Origin: a virus | Taxonomy: Duplodnaviria > Caudoviricetes | IMG/VR virus record: IMGVR_UViG_3300034100_000010 | Coordinates: 1-59,086 of that record | Reading direction: 5' to 3' (one strand) | DNA: 59,086 nt | Shown: piece after piece, positions 9,598 to 18,923 of the stretch | How the letters are laid out: the number at the start of each line of letters is the position of its first letter | Position numbering within the stretch: the stretch's first letter is position 1 | Notes under the pieces: model-generated | The model's database searches: none | Told to the model about the DNA's origin: nothing | What the model saw: only the letters and a program-made list of their open reading frames with translations | Made by a program: the position numbers and the translations under genes

Positions 9598-9918
9598 ATG
9601 TTGGACGAACGCAGAGCAACAGACCAAGTATTCTTGGACATGATTAAGGGACTTAAACAGGATTTAGACATTCATGCCGAACAAGAGACACTGCTGATTG
9701 ACCAATTGCAGAGGACGGTAGAAGCTTTCTCAAGTGGTGCTTCCCCGGAAGTCCAACGTAAGCGTAATGAGTATCTTGATTTCCTTATAGAGCGTGAAAA
9801 GACCCGTGCAGAATTTAGACGCGCTGTTATTGAAAAGACTACAGCGTCTTTGATCTGGTCTTTACTTGTAGGTTTAGGTTATTCTGTGTTACACTATTTA
9901 TTCCCTGGTAGGTGGTAA
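9598..9918 (+). CDS. Hypothetical protein with C-terminal transmembrane helix
   Basis: Coiled-coil-like N-terminus and hydrophobic SLIWSLLVGLGYSVLHYLF. Confidence 0.6.
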   Translation: MLDERRATDQVFLDMIKGLKQDLDIHAEQETLLIDQLQRTVEAFSSGASPEVQRKRNEYLDFLIEREKTRAEFRRAVIEKTTASLIWSLLVGLGYSVLHYLFPGRW

Positions 9919-9919
9919 G

Positions 9920-10201
9920 ATGAAAAGTAAATTTTTTGTAGACGAGCAAGACCAAGACCAAGACGAAATCCCTGAACTTGTTGAGGAGATTGAAAATGCC
10001 GAACCAGTTGTGGTTGAAACGCCAGTCACAGCAATCGAAGAACGATCAATCGCTAAACAACTTGAAGGAAACCCTCACCCATTTGATGCTGCTTCAGTCA
10101 GGGTACTCAAATGCCTTGCCGAACGCAACATTGCAGCAGACTTCGGGGATAGTGGTTGGGCAAGGGGTTGTAACTGGAAAACGTATATGCGTTCAGTCTG
10201 A
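9920..10201 (+). CDS. Hypothetical acidic protein
   Basis: 93-aa ORF tightly packed in the operon. Confidence 0.5.
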   Translation: MKSKFFVDEQDQDQDEIPELVEEIENAEPVVVETPVTAIEERSIAKQLEGNPHPFDAASVRVLKCLAERNIAADFGDSGWARGCNWKTYMRSV

Positions 10202-10253
10202 TCACGGACGGATTATATTTCTTGATCAAGAATATTCAATCTGATTAACAACC

Positions 10254-10277
10254 AAGGACACTTCACGGTGTCCTTTT
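10254..10277 (+). terminator. Probable intrinsic terminator
   Basis: AAGGACAC-ttcacg-GTGTCCTT-TT. Confidence 0.5.
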
Positions 10278-10296
10278 GCATTTAATGGAGCATTAT

Positions 10297-10998
10297 ATGG
10301 CGCGGCAACCTAAGTCTGTAGAACCTAGAAAGCGTGAGAATCCTGAGAAGGAGTTTGTGAATACGCAGTTTAAGCCTATTGGTGCTAAGAACGAAACACA
10401 AAAGAAATATCTCAGTGCTATGGGGAATTTTTCAATTGTATTTGGGCTTGGTCCAGCAGGTACTGGCAAAAGTATTTGCTCTATGGGTTGGGCGCTTGGT
10501 GAGTTGTTCTTTGGTCGTACAGAGCGTATTATCATCACCAGACCCGCTGTAGAGGTTGGGGTTGGTTTGGGATTCCTACCAGGTACACAGGATGAGAAGT
10601 TTGGTCCTTGGATTCAGCCTCTTAGAGATATTTCAGAACGGTGTATGGGTAAGTCGCATACAGAGATGCTTATGAAAGAAGGTAGGCTTGAGGCAGTACC
10701 AATACCCTACTGTCGCGGTCGCTCATGGGATGATGCTATCATACTTGTCGATGAAGCTCAGAACACCACACCCGCTGAGATGAAGATGCTGCTAACTCGC
10801 ATAGGTCATGGTAGCAAGATGATCGTATCTGGAGATGTGTCACAAAAGGATATTCAAGGCATTTCAGGACTCGAAGAAGCAATTGATATAATTGGGTTTA
10901 TCCCGAGCGTTAAAATCATTGAGTTCGGTGTTAGCGATGTTGTGCGTTCTGGAATTTGCAGTGAGATTGTTCAAGCATACTACCATCGCGGACGTTGA
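10297..10998 (+). CDS. phoH: PhoH family ATPase
   Basis: GPAGTGKS Walker A, ITRPAVE, LGFLPG, RGRSW, DEAQN, GDVSQKD, DVVRSG. Confidence 0.95.
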   Translation: MARQPKSVEPRKRENPEKEFVNTQFKPIGAKNETQKKYLSAMGNFSIVFGLGPAGTGKSICSMGWALGELFFGRTERIIITRPAVEVGVGLGFLPGTQDEKFGPWIQPLRDISERCMGKSHTEMLMKEGRLEAVPIPYCRGRSWDDAIILVDEAQNTTPAEMKMLLTRIGHGSKMIVSGDVSQKDIQGISGLEEAIDIIGFIPSVKIIEFGVSDVVRSGICSEIVQAYYHRGR

Positions 10999-11046
10999 CA
11001 ATTCCTAAAACTTGTGATATTTTTAAGAAAATTATGAGGTGATACT

Positions 11047-11574
11047 ATGGCTGTAGTTTTCAATAGCACCGTTGGCACTGTCGGATTTAATGCGTACTGC
11101 ACTGTTGCGGAGGCTACCGACTACGCAACAACCAAAAACAATACTGCGTTTGCATTGCTGACTACACCAGTTAAGGAAGCCTCTATAATCTGGGCTACGA
11201 GACAGTTGAATACACTTCAGTGGGTAGGAAGTCTTACAGTAGCCACACAGCCTAATGAATGGCCTAGAACGGGTGTGTGGCGTGATGGCGGTACACATGA
11301 TGTCGATTACTACTCAGCAACTCAGTTTGATCCCACAACGATCCCCCAGTTTTTGAAAGACGCAACAGCAGATTTGGCTTTACAGCTATCAGCGGGTGAT
11401 ACTACTGCACCCACGGGTACTGAGGGATTTTCTCGGATCAAAGTTTCAGAAATTGAGCTAGTCATGAATGCTAAAGACCGTCTAGCATGGTTTACAGATT
11501 CGACACGTAACTTGTGCTGGCGGTATCTATTGAACAGTTCCAAATATAATACGCCAGTAGTTAGGGTAGGTTGA
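11047..11574 (+). CDS. Head-tail adaptor (DnaT-like phage family)
   Basis: NAYCTVAEA..Y, QPNEWPR, IPQFLKDATADLA pattern; lies before head-closure genes. Confidence 0.7.
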   Translation: MAVVFNSTVGTVGFNAYCTVAEATDYATTKNNTAFALLTTPVKEASIIWATRQLNTLQWVGSLTVATQPNEWPRTGVWRDGGTHDVDYYSATQFDPTTIPQFLKDATADLALQLSAGDTTAPTGTEGFSRIKVSEIELVMNAKDRLAWFTDSTRNLCWRYLLNSSKYNTPVVRVG

Positions 11575-11575
11575 G

Positions 11576-12682
11576 ATGAACGCAAAAACACTGACAAATA
11601 AGCAGATAGATTTATGGTTATCCGCAAACAGGTCAGACATAGTTCGTATCGGCGATTATACCGGAAGCACCAATAGAATAGAATTTAGATGTGAGCACCA
11701 CCAAACGCCATTGACACCTTGGATAGTCTCTTACGCTAGTCTAAAAACTGGTACAAAGTGTCCAGAATGTTATCCATCACATCGTAAAACCATCAATAAC
11801 GAATATATTGACAATTGGTTATTACAACAAAACTTAGAATATAAAAGAATTTCTGATTTTGTCAACGCAAAAAATAAAATGGTATTCGAGTGTGCCAAGC
11901 ATGGTAGGTTTGAAACGACTTGGGATAAATTTGTGCATATTAGACGGTGCTCTAAATGTTACTTAGACGCTAAGAGTACACCTAGGAAAGTGGATAATGA
12001 ATTTTTCGATAATTTCATACTGACAAACAGTTTTGACTTTACTAGGTTGTCAGATTGTATAGGTGCTGACAAGAAGGTTTTAGTGCGGTGCAATAAAGAC
12101 GGGTACGAGTGGTACACCATGTATAACATACTAGTTATATCTCTGAAGAACGGTGCTTCAGGATGCCCTAAGTGCTCTGGGACTAATAAAAAAACAAACC
12201 ATGATATAGATGAATATCTAGTTCAAGACGGTAGAGGGTATAAACGTGCATCAGAATACGAACAAATGTTTAAGCATATCGAAGTTACTTGCCCTATACA
12301 CGGTTCGTGGGCTGTACAGCCTGTGAATCTAATGCGTGGTAGAGGTTGTCCTAAATGTGCTACCAATGGTTTTAAGAAAGGGCAACCTGCGTTTTTATAT
12401 TACGCTAAGCTCGGTGATGTCTACAAAATAGGTATCACCAAAAACAAAGTTGCGTACAGAATAAAGAGACAGCATCAAAACGCCAGAATATTAGCCACTG
12501 CTTATTTCAGAAGTGGTCAAGATGCTTTAAATGTAGAGCAACTTATACTGGATAAGTATAAACTAGACCTTGTTGATGGAAGGTCGTATGGTGTCGTTGA
12601 GGGTTGGACAGAAACCTTCGCGCATGACATTCTAAATTCAGACCTCAATGCAATTACTGATGAATATTGGGGGTTTATATAA
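11576..12682 (+). CDS. Zinc-ribbon-repeat GIY-YIG-like homing endonuclease
   Basis: Repeated CPxC/CxxH units; C-terminal AFLYY...YKIGIT...GWTETF. Confidence 0.75.
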   Translation: MNAKTLTNKQIDLWLSANRSDIVRIGDYTGSTNRIEFRCEHHQTPLTPWIVSYASLKTGTKCPECYPSHRKTINNEYIDNWLLQQNLEYKRISDFVNAKNKMVFECAKHGRFETTWDKFVHIRRCSKCYLDAKSTPRKVDNEFFDNFILTNSFDFTRLSDCIGADKKVLVRCNKDGYEWYTMYNILVISLKNGASGCPKCSGTNKKTNHDIDEYLVQDGRGYKRASEYEQMFKHIEVTCPIHGSWAVQPVNLMRGRGCPKCATNGFKKGQPAFLYYAKLGDVYKIGITKNKVAYRIKRQHQNARILATAYFRSGQDALNVEQLILDKYKLDLVDGRSYGVVEGWTETFAHDILNSDLNAITDEYWGFI

Positions 12683-13053
12683 TGGGATTACGATCTACAC
12701 TAGCCAAAGCCGTAGGAAGTGCCTTTATAGCGGTAGGTGATATAGCGGAGTCAGGTACCTACCGTAGAACAGCAAGCGTCTACAACACCTCCACAGGCAC
12801 TAACGTAATCACTAACACCGACTATATAATAGATAAGGTTGTCTGGACAAAATTTGATAACTTCGAGATTGACCGCATCAGCATACTCGGCTCAGACGTT
12901 AAGGTATTATTCCAAACATCCAAACTCTCTATAACACCAAACATCGCTACAGACCAAATGGTTCGCGCTGATGGGAAAATCTACAATATATTACGTGTAT
13001 CAAAAGACCCAGCAGGTGCGGTTTACACACTACAACTAAGAAGCCCGTCATGA
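12682..13053 (+). CDS. Head closure / head-tail joining protein
   Basis: Size, synteny and the ending DPAGAVYTLQLR. Confidence 0.65.
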   Translation: MGLRSTLAKAVGSAFIAVGDIAESGTYRRTASVYNTSTGTNVITNTDYIIDKVVWTKFDNFEIDRISILGSDVKVLFQTSKLSITPNIATDQMVRADGKIYNILRVSKDPAGAVYTLQLRSPS

Positions 13054-13141
13054 GCCTAAAAGACAAACTAAACTTACTATGGTTCTGGATTTTCTACCAC
13101 ACCGAAGAGACTTGGCAGGGGCATACTAAGGTTGTTCCGAG

Positions 13142-13558
13142 ATGGTCACGATAGGTTTCAGAATACCTCAAGGTGCGTTAGAAGCCTGTCGTAAACAGAT
13201 TGAATCTAAGTTAGCTAGGGTTGTAGCCGATGTTGCTGTAAAAACGTACAACAACCTGCTGCATCAAGATTTCCCTTATTGGTCAGGGTCGTATATTTCA
13301 AGCTGGAATATATCAGCAGGTTCTCCTGATACTAATTATAATACGCCTTTGTGGACTAGAGGAGTTTACATTGCACCTAGAGAGTCTAGAGGCATTACAG
13401 TTCCTTCTGCATACACTAAAGTCTATATCAGTAACTATACACCCCATGCTTCTTTGGTCGAATATAGCGGTACAAAGACCTCAAACTTCCAACCTTGGTA
13501 TATCGCCACATCCGCCAGAAACAATACTGTACTAACTTACAAGTACAAGATGTTCTAG
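13142..13558 (+). CDS. Neck / tail completion protein (HK97 gp10-like)
   Basis: PYWSGSYISSW...YISNYTPHA..VEY pattern; synteny. Confidence 0.6.
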   Translation: MVTIGFRIPQGALEACRKQIESKLARVVADVAVKTYNNLLHQDFPYWSGSYISSWNISAGSPDTNYNTPLWTRGVYIAPRESRGITVPSAYTKVYISNYTPHASLVEYSGTKTSNFQPWYIATSARNNTVLTYKYKMF

Positions 13559-13734
13559 TGTTTGAAGAACACAGTTACAGTGCCCGTAATATTGGTTCTC
13601 CTATAGTATGCAATTCGCCCTACGTAGGTATACACCTTACCAGTCTCTAAACACTCTTCTTGAAAAGTATAAGATTTTCCAGACTTAAACAAGTTGGCAA
13701 TGTCTTTACTGACGGTTATATGTTCTCTAAGCAT
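13555..13734 (-). CDS. Small antisense moron gene with own promoter
   Basis: GGAGGAGA RBS before ATG 13734; minus-strand TTTACA-17-TATAAT at 13787-13759. Confidence 0.55.
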   Translation of the reverse strand: MLREHITVSKDIANLFKSGKSYTFQEECLETGKVYTYVGRIAYYRRTNITGTVTVFFKH

Positions 13735-13825
13735 TGTTTCTCCTCCATAAGTAAAATCATTATACGCAATCTGAATCTGTTTGTAAACACTTGACAAATA
13801 ATACTACTTATGTTAGATACCTAAT

Positions 13826-14260
13826 ATGAGTCACGTTACCTTAAATACCGTCATTGAGTCAACTTTCGCAACCGCGTGGGGGTCTACGACTTCCTTGGCT
13901 TTTGACAACGTACCTTTTACGCCTCCAGCTTCCGCAAGCTGGGTGAAGATTACAGTACGTGAAGGCGATTCAGAAAAAATTACGCTGGGGTCAAGTCCAC
14001 AAAGGCGTAGAACAGTTGGTACAGTGTTTGTAGATATTTTTACAGTAGTCGGTCAAGGTTCTAAACCAGTAAGAACACTTGCTGACAGCATCAAAACAGT
14101 ATTTAGGGATTTGCGTGTTAGTGGTGTTCAGTTTTTTGAAGGTGATGTGATGATTCATGGTGAACGCTACTATACAAATTCTGGTACTGGTGTGCCTGCG
14201 ACATCGCAGTGGTATCAGGCAACTGTAGCGCTGCCCTTTAAATATGATGTGGTAGTTTAA
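13826..14260 (+). CDS. Tail terminator protein
   Basis: AFDNVPFTPP..WV...GTVFVDIF..G.G pattern; directly precedes the tail tube. Confidence 0.7.
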   Translation: MSHVTLNTVIESTFATAWGSTTSLAFDNVPFTPPASASWVKITVREGDSEKITLGSSPQRRRTVGTVFVDIFTVVGQGSKPVRTLADSIKTVFRDLRVSGVQFFEGDVMIHGERYYTNSGTGVPATSQWYQATVALPFKYDVVV

Positions 14261-14367
14261 TCCATCCCGCACCCGGTCTGTAGAGTCGGTAAATGCTGGA
14301 ATTGTTTGTAGTAACCTAATGGCGTGATGAACGCTTGTAGTCTTTAATTTAATATGAGGAGTTTATC

Positions 14368-15540
14368 ATGGCATCAGGAGATTTAGTAATTCACAAGTAT
14401 GTGGCCGAAGTGACACTTGGCGTAACCCCAACAACACCTGCACTAACTAAGATGAATGTGGTGTCTAGTTCTATTGATGCTCAGATTTCTACTACTGTTA
14501 GTAATCAGATTTCAGCAACTGGTGATGAAGCTGATATTATCCAAACTGAAGGTTCGACTTCAGGCGACATCGCAATTGAATGGCAGTACGCAGCGTACGA
14601 CGATTTTATTGCATCGGCCGTTCGTAATACTTGGTCAACGGCTGTATCTGTAACAGGTACGGACATCTCTGCCGCAGCTACAGATAATTCAATCAACTCT
14701 GTTGGTGCAGCTTTCTCGACAACAAACATTCTACCAGGTCATTGGGTTGTAGCTGAAGGGTTTACAGGGGGTAACATTGCGAATAACGGTGTGCCGATGC
14801 GTGTTGTGTCTGTAACAACTTCCAAAATTGTTGTCAGCGGCGTAACACTTGTTGATGATGCTGCCGGTGAATCAATTACAGTAAAAGGTAAGTCTATTCG
14901 TAATGGTACGACTCGCAAATCGTTTACAATTGAGAAAGAGTTCCCTGATCTTGCCACCACATTTGTCAGTCACAAGGGTATGGTCGCTAATACGATGAAT
15001 ATCTCGGCGGCGGTTGGGTCAATCGTTACGGGTTCCTTCGGATTCAACGGTATGACTACCACATACGCAGCAACTACCGTTGGTACTGGTACTGAGATTG
15101 CAGCGGTCAGCAACGAGGTGTTTAGCCCTGTTTCTAGCATTGGTACTATTTATGAAAACGGCACAGCACTTGCCGGTACGTGTATTCGTAGTATCAACCT
15201 GACTACTACCTCGAACACACGAAACAATCAATGCTTAGGTAGCATGTATCCATCTGCAATTAACCTCGGTACAATAAACGTATCGGGTACTCTGGAAATT
15301 TATTTCAATAGCACTACACTACTTGACAAGTTCATCAATGCTACAGCAACTTCACTCGCATTTTGGTTTGATGACGCTGCTGGAAATCACTTTGTAGTTG
15401 ACATGCCGCAAGTCAAGTTCACAACTGGAAGCGTTTCTGGCATTAGTAAGAACTCTGACTGCATGGTATCCCTAGGCTTCACGGCAGTTCGTGATTCTGT
15501 AGAAGGGTTTACCATCCAGATTTCTTCTATAGCAACCTAA
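14368..15540 (+). CDS. Major tail tube protein
   Basis: YVAEVTLGVTP N-terminus, SFTIEKEF, VSGTLEIYF; strong GAGGAG RBS; followed by a terminator. Confidence 0.85.
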   Translation: MASGDLVIHKYVAEVTLGVTPTTPALTKMNVVSSSIDAQISTTVSNQISATGDEADIIQTEGSTSGDIAIEWQYAAYDDFIASAVRNTWSTAVSVTGTDISAAATDNSINSVGAAFSTTNILPGHWVVAEGFTGGNIANNGVPMRVVSVTTSKIVVSGVTLVDDAAGESITVKGKSIRNGTTRKSFTIEKEFPDLATTFVSHKGMVANTMNISAAVGSIVTGSFGFNGMTTTYAATTVGTGTEIAAVSNEVFSPVSSIGTIYENGTALAGTCIRSINLTTTSNTRNNQCLGSMYPSAINLGTINVSGTLEIYFNSTTLLDKFINATATSLAFWFDDAAGNHFVVDMPQVKFTTGSVSGISKNSDCMVSLGFTAVRDSVEGFTIQISSIAT

Positions 15541-15556
15541 AGTAACCTAAGAAGTT

Positions 15557-15587
15557 AAAAGCCCCTCAAGTTCTGAGGGGCTTTGTT
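15557..15587. terminator. Bidirectional intrinsic terminator
   Basis: AAAAGCCCCTCA-agttc-TGAGGGGCTTTGTT between convergent genes. Confidence 0.8.
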
Positions 15588-16413
15588 ATTTGGAGCGTCT
15601 TAAGACTATGCTTCCACCGTCATAGACTTTTGTATAACCTGTTGTGTCAAGATCGGTATTAGATGGAAGCATTCTTGACGCTTGTAAATAATAGAAATTA
15701 GGTTCAGTTACATAAGCAACCTCAAACCCATTCTTAATGAGCGTGTGCGGGTAAAGTCTTCCATGATCTGTTGAGAAACTTACTAAGGTGTCTACACCCT
15801 TATCATTTATAAAAGCATTGGTTAGTTCAACAACACCTCTAAATATGTGGACACCGTTTCGTTCTATGTACTTACTACATACCGCTATACCATCTCGCCC
15901 CATATACACTCCCATGATAGCAGCAAGACCTTTCTTGTCTTTCATACCTATAAATTCAGTACCTCCCTTAATCGGTGCAAACGTGTGATTACGCAAGAAA
16001 TTATCTAGTTCAGCTTGATCTATTGAAGTTTGTTTCACTTGTGAGAGGTGTAGTTTATAACACTTCAACATCTCACGCTCTATCATAGCCTTAGCTAACG
16101 TAGGATTACTTTTAATTTCCCAGTCATAGAATGACAGTAGGTTTATACCAACACTACGAGCTTCAAGGAATTTCTCTTGGTGGTAATACTTAGTTCTTCC
16201 AGCAGCTTCAGAATGCCACATAGCACCATTAACTTCTACACCAATCTTATACTTTGGAAAGTATAGGTCTACCTCTTGCTTAGATGGTAGCAGCTTTTTA
16301 GAGTTAACTACACACGTATCAGAAGAAAACCATGAACGTATTAACTTCTCGTATTTTGATTGTCGTGACATTATGTACTGCTCGTATTCGAAAGACACGT
16401 TATACCATACCAA
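15586..16413 (-). CDS. Hef-like / Vsr-type putative homing endonuclease (start uncertain)
   Basis: EVDLYFP..KIGVEVNGAMWHSE...KF..A...GINL; paralogous to the C-terminal half of 18924-20549. Confidence 0.65.
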   Translation of the reverse strand: MVWYNVSFEYEQYIMSRQSKYEKLIRSWFSSDTCVVNSKKLLPSKQEVDLYFPKYKIGVEVNGAMWHSEAAGRTKYYHQEKFLEARSVGINLLSFYDWEIKSNPTLAKAMIEREMLKCYKLHLSQVKQTSIDQAELDNFLRNHTFAPIKGGTEFIGMKDKKGLAAIMGVYMGRDGIAVCSKYIERNGVHIFRGVVELTNAFINDKGVDTLVSFSTDHGRLYPHTLIKNGFEVAYVTEPNFYYLQASRMLPSNTDLDTTGYTKVYDGGSIVLRRSK

Positions 16414-16448
16414 AAATAAATAGCCAACCTAAGTCAGCCCTTTGTTTA

Positions 16449-16649
16449 CTACACCTTCACAACATGCCCAGAAGAACTATCAAACCGATACAACTTTTCA
16501 CCTGCCTTCCGGTTTGCGGCAAACACTAACTGCCTACCTGTACTACGCTTATCTTCAGGAACTAGAAAGGAATCGCCACTGTTCACCAATTCTTCCCAAG
16601 GATAAACCTCTCGCTTCCACCGTTTCTCCTTAACTTCTGTATCACGCAT
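16449..16649 (-). CDS. Small phage protein (YPW...GDSFLVP type)
   Basis: GAGG RBS before ATG 16649; motif recurrent in phage small proteins. Confidence 0.55.
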   Translation of the reverse strand: MRDTEVKEKRWKREVYPWEELVNSGDSFLVPEDKRSTGRQLVFAANRKAGEKLYRFDSSSGHVVKV

Positions 16650-16656
16650 AACCACC

Positions 16657-17013
16657 TCATTTCTTCTTAGGGTTCTTTGCTTCCTGTTTAGCATTATACT
16701 CGGTTAGATATGCGTTGTCACACTTTTGCATAATATACAAGAATAACTCTGGTTCAGAAACTTCAAAGAACTTACAATATGCCAGAATTTCGCTAAGTGG
16801 GATTGGTCCTACACCCATCCCAGATTGCCTGGAACTTGTAATGGTGTAGAACGCTGTTACATACGGTGCTTCCCACGGCATTAATTCCGGCATTTCTTTA
16901 ATGGCTGTTGGAGTTTCCCAATTTGGGTTGTTTGAGTTTTCCTCGTCCATCTTTTGAAGAAACTCCAACTGATCGCCATACTTAGACTGCCAAGAAATGT
17001 AAGCACTAACTTT
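16657..17013 (-). CDS. Tail assembly chaperone C-terminal extension (gpT-like; probable frameshift product)
   Basis: FYTITSSRQSGMGVGPIPLSEILAY motif; frame is open across the stop of the upstream chaperone and lacks a good own start. Confidence 0.7.
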   Translation of the reverse strand, partial: KVSAYISWQSKYGDQLEFLQKMDEENSNNPNWETPTAIKEMPELMPWEAPYVTAFYTITSSRQSGMGVGPIPLSEILAYCKFFEVSEPELFLYIMQKCDNAYLTEYNAKQEAKNPKKK

Positions 17014-17416
17014 TGGTGGCTAGTTCGTCTGCAACCTCTTTACGGAAAACCTCATTCTCGGCAGCAAGCGACATAATCAGATCGCGGAACTCTTTGTTCT
17101 CCGGGTCTTTCAGAAGGGTATAAGCGGCGGCTTCGGAGTACTCAAGGGTTGTACCGTCATCGTTCTGCATATTCTTCCAATCCAGCAAAATAGCCTTAGC
17201 CATTGCTTTATTCTGAATATCCGTAAAGATGTCATTAAAACTAGGGTTGTTCTTGTATGACTTCTGATGTGGCTTCATCAAACGCTGAATTTCGTCGGTG
17301 TAACGCTTGTTGTTTTCAGCAGCTACTTTTACGCAGATGTCATCAATTACGCAGTTAACCCACACCCCGTTCTCTGCTGCATTTGCGTCACGTTTGATTT
17401 TAGAAAGTTTAGCCAT
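17006..17416 (-). CDS. Tail assembly chaperone (gpG-like)
   Basis: ENGVWV...NNKRY...ILLDWKN...YS...LL pattern; GAGG RBS before ATG 17416. Confidence 0.75.
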   Translation of the reverse strand: MAKLSKIKRDANAAENGVWVNCVIDDICVKVAAENNKRYTDEIQRLMKPHQKSYKNNPSFNDIFTDIQNKAMAKAILLDWKNMQNDDGTTLEYSEAAAYTLLKDPENKEFRDLIMSLAAENEVFRKEVADELATKS

Positions 17417-17505
17417 TGTTAACCTCGTGTAATATTTAAGATATGAACCGATTACATAAATCGGAAGCAGTACAATAACACATATTTTATACATGTCAAG
17501 TGATT

Positions 17506-17883
17506 TTACCAGCCCTTGTAACTATAAAACCCTTTGGCTTCATGCATCACCATCGGACTATGAACATCGTATTGGTTTACAACACGCATAATCTTCAAGC
17601 AAGTCTCACCACCTGCCATATACCAATCCCTATGTGTTGTCAGGATCGAGTTGTCTGTCTGAGCAAACGCTGCCAACATGATAGCTTTGAAATTATCAAC
17701 AGGTGCACCTTGCAAGATGATCTTATCTACAACTTCACGCTCTGTCATTTTACCATCTACCACTTGTTTGCGTGAATCTGCTGCTATTGTACCAACGTTG
17801 ATACATATTTTAGTTTGTGCGTAATCAGCGTAGGCTGTGCAAGAACTCAACATAATTACGGTTGCTGCGATTAGGCGTTTCAT
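17506..17883 (-). CDS. Hypothetical exported protein
   Basis: Signal-peptide-like N-terminus MKRLIAATVIMLSSCTAYA. Confidence 0.55.
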   Translation of the reverse strand: MKRLIAATVIMLSSCTAYADYAQTKICINVGTIAADSRKQVVDGKMTEREVVDKIILQGAPVDNFKAIMLAAFAQTDNSILTTHRDWYMAGGETCLKIMRVVNQYDVHSPMVMHEAKGFYSYKGW

Positions 17884-17898
17884 TTTAGGACTCCTTGG

Positions 17899-18105
17899 TT
17901 ATTTAGCTACAGATTCGCCAACATTCAAAAACGCGATGCTAGGTACTTCTTTGCGCAATGCAGAGTAAGCCATCTGAAGTTTTACAGTAGAGCCGACTTT
18001 ACCAAGGGTATTATTACATTCGGCAAGGTCTCTAAGTTCCAATGTACCTGCTTTAAAGGCTTCGTAGTTTTTAATCATTTCGTTACGTACGTCTAGGATG
18101 TTCAT
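17899..18105 (-). CDS. Hypothetical phage protein
   Basis: 68-aa ORF overlapping the upstream gene, with RBS. Confidence 0.55.
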   Translation of the reverse strand: MNILDVRNEMIKNYEAFKAGTLELRDLAECNNTLGKVGSTVKLQMAYSALRKEVPSIAFLNVGESVAK

Positions 18106-18784
18106 TATTTGCTTCCTTTATAAGTCGTTTGGTGAGGATATTATACTTCAAGATTTCTAGTAGTGCAAGTTCTCCTTCTGGTGTGTCTGGGGTTGGTTTT
18201 GGTAGATTATGGCGTTTGGCAACATAGGTTAGTGGTAAAGACCGGATATACTCTTTTTGCTGCTTACGAATCTTCTCCTTGTTAGCTTTACGATACTGCC
18301 TGTTCATTTCAAGAAGCATATCTTTGTTAGCTTTACGATACTGCCTGTTCATTTCAAGAAGCATATCTTTGTTTGCCTGATAGTACGTCTTACCGCGAGC
18401 AAGAATCTTCTCCTTATTATCTTTACGATACTGCTGGTTTTTAGCAGCCAAAGCATCCTTGTTAACTTCATGATATTGCTTTTGATACTCAGCAACTCTA
18501 TCCTTATTTGCTGCAACATATGCTTTCTTGGCATCTAACACCTTCTCCTTGTTAGCCTCGTAATACGCTTTCTTAGCTTCTTTGATCTTCTCCTTATTAG
18601 CTTCACGATATACTTTCCGTGCTTTGGAGATTTTCTCTTTATTAGCTGCGTTATATGCTTTCTTGTAATCTGCAATTCTAGCTTTATTGGTTTCTTGGTA
18701 GACTTTTTTGTAAACAGAAAGCTTATCTTTGTTAGCATCGCGATAAGCTTTCTGTTTTTCTTTACTGCTCCTAGCCACTTTCAA
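18083..18784 (-). CDS. Basic protein of 15-aa tandem repeats (KxYxEANKEK)
   Basis: About 11 repeats; own promoter TTTACA-17-TAGAAT near 18807-18837; no nuclease motif seen. Confidence 0.7.
   Translation of the reverse strand: MKVARSSKEKQKAYRDANKDKLSVYKKVYQETNKARIADYKKAYNAANKEKISKARKVYREANKEKIKEAKKAYYEANKEKVLDAKKAYVAANKDRVAEYQKQYHEVNKDALAAKNQQYRKDNKEKILARGKTYYQANKDMLLEMNRQYRKANKDMLLEMNRQYRKANKEKIRKQQKEYIRSLPLTYVAKRHNLPKPTPDTPEGELALLEILKYNILTKRLIKEANNEHPRRT
18279..18368. repeat. Exact 45-bp tandem duplication in the repeat-protein gene
   Basis: TTGTTAGCTTTACGATACTGCCTGTTCATTTCAAGAAGCATATCT twice. Confidence 0.9.
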
Positions 18785-18923
18785 ACCCTCTTAAACAAGT
18801 AACGACCATTCTATACCCATTTTACGATGTTGTAAAGTATTTTTCTAGGGTTGACTAAATTGGAGCGTCCTTGACAAGCTATCTTATTTCTTGTATAGTA
18901 CGCGAACTAATTGGAGAAAATGT

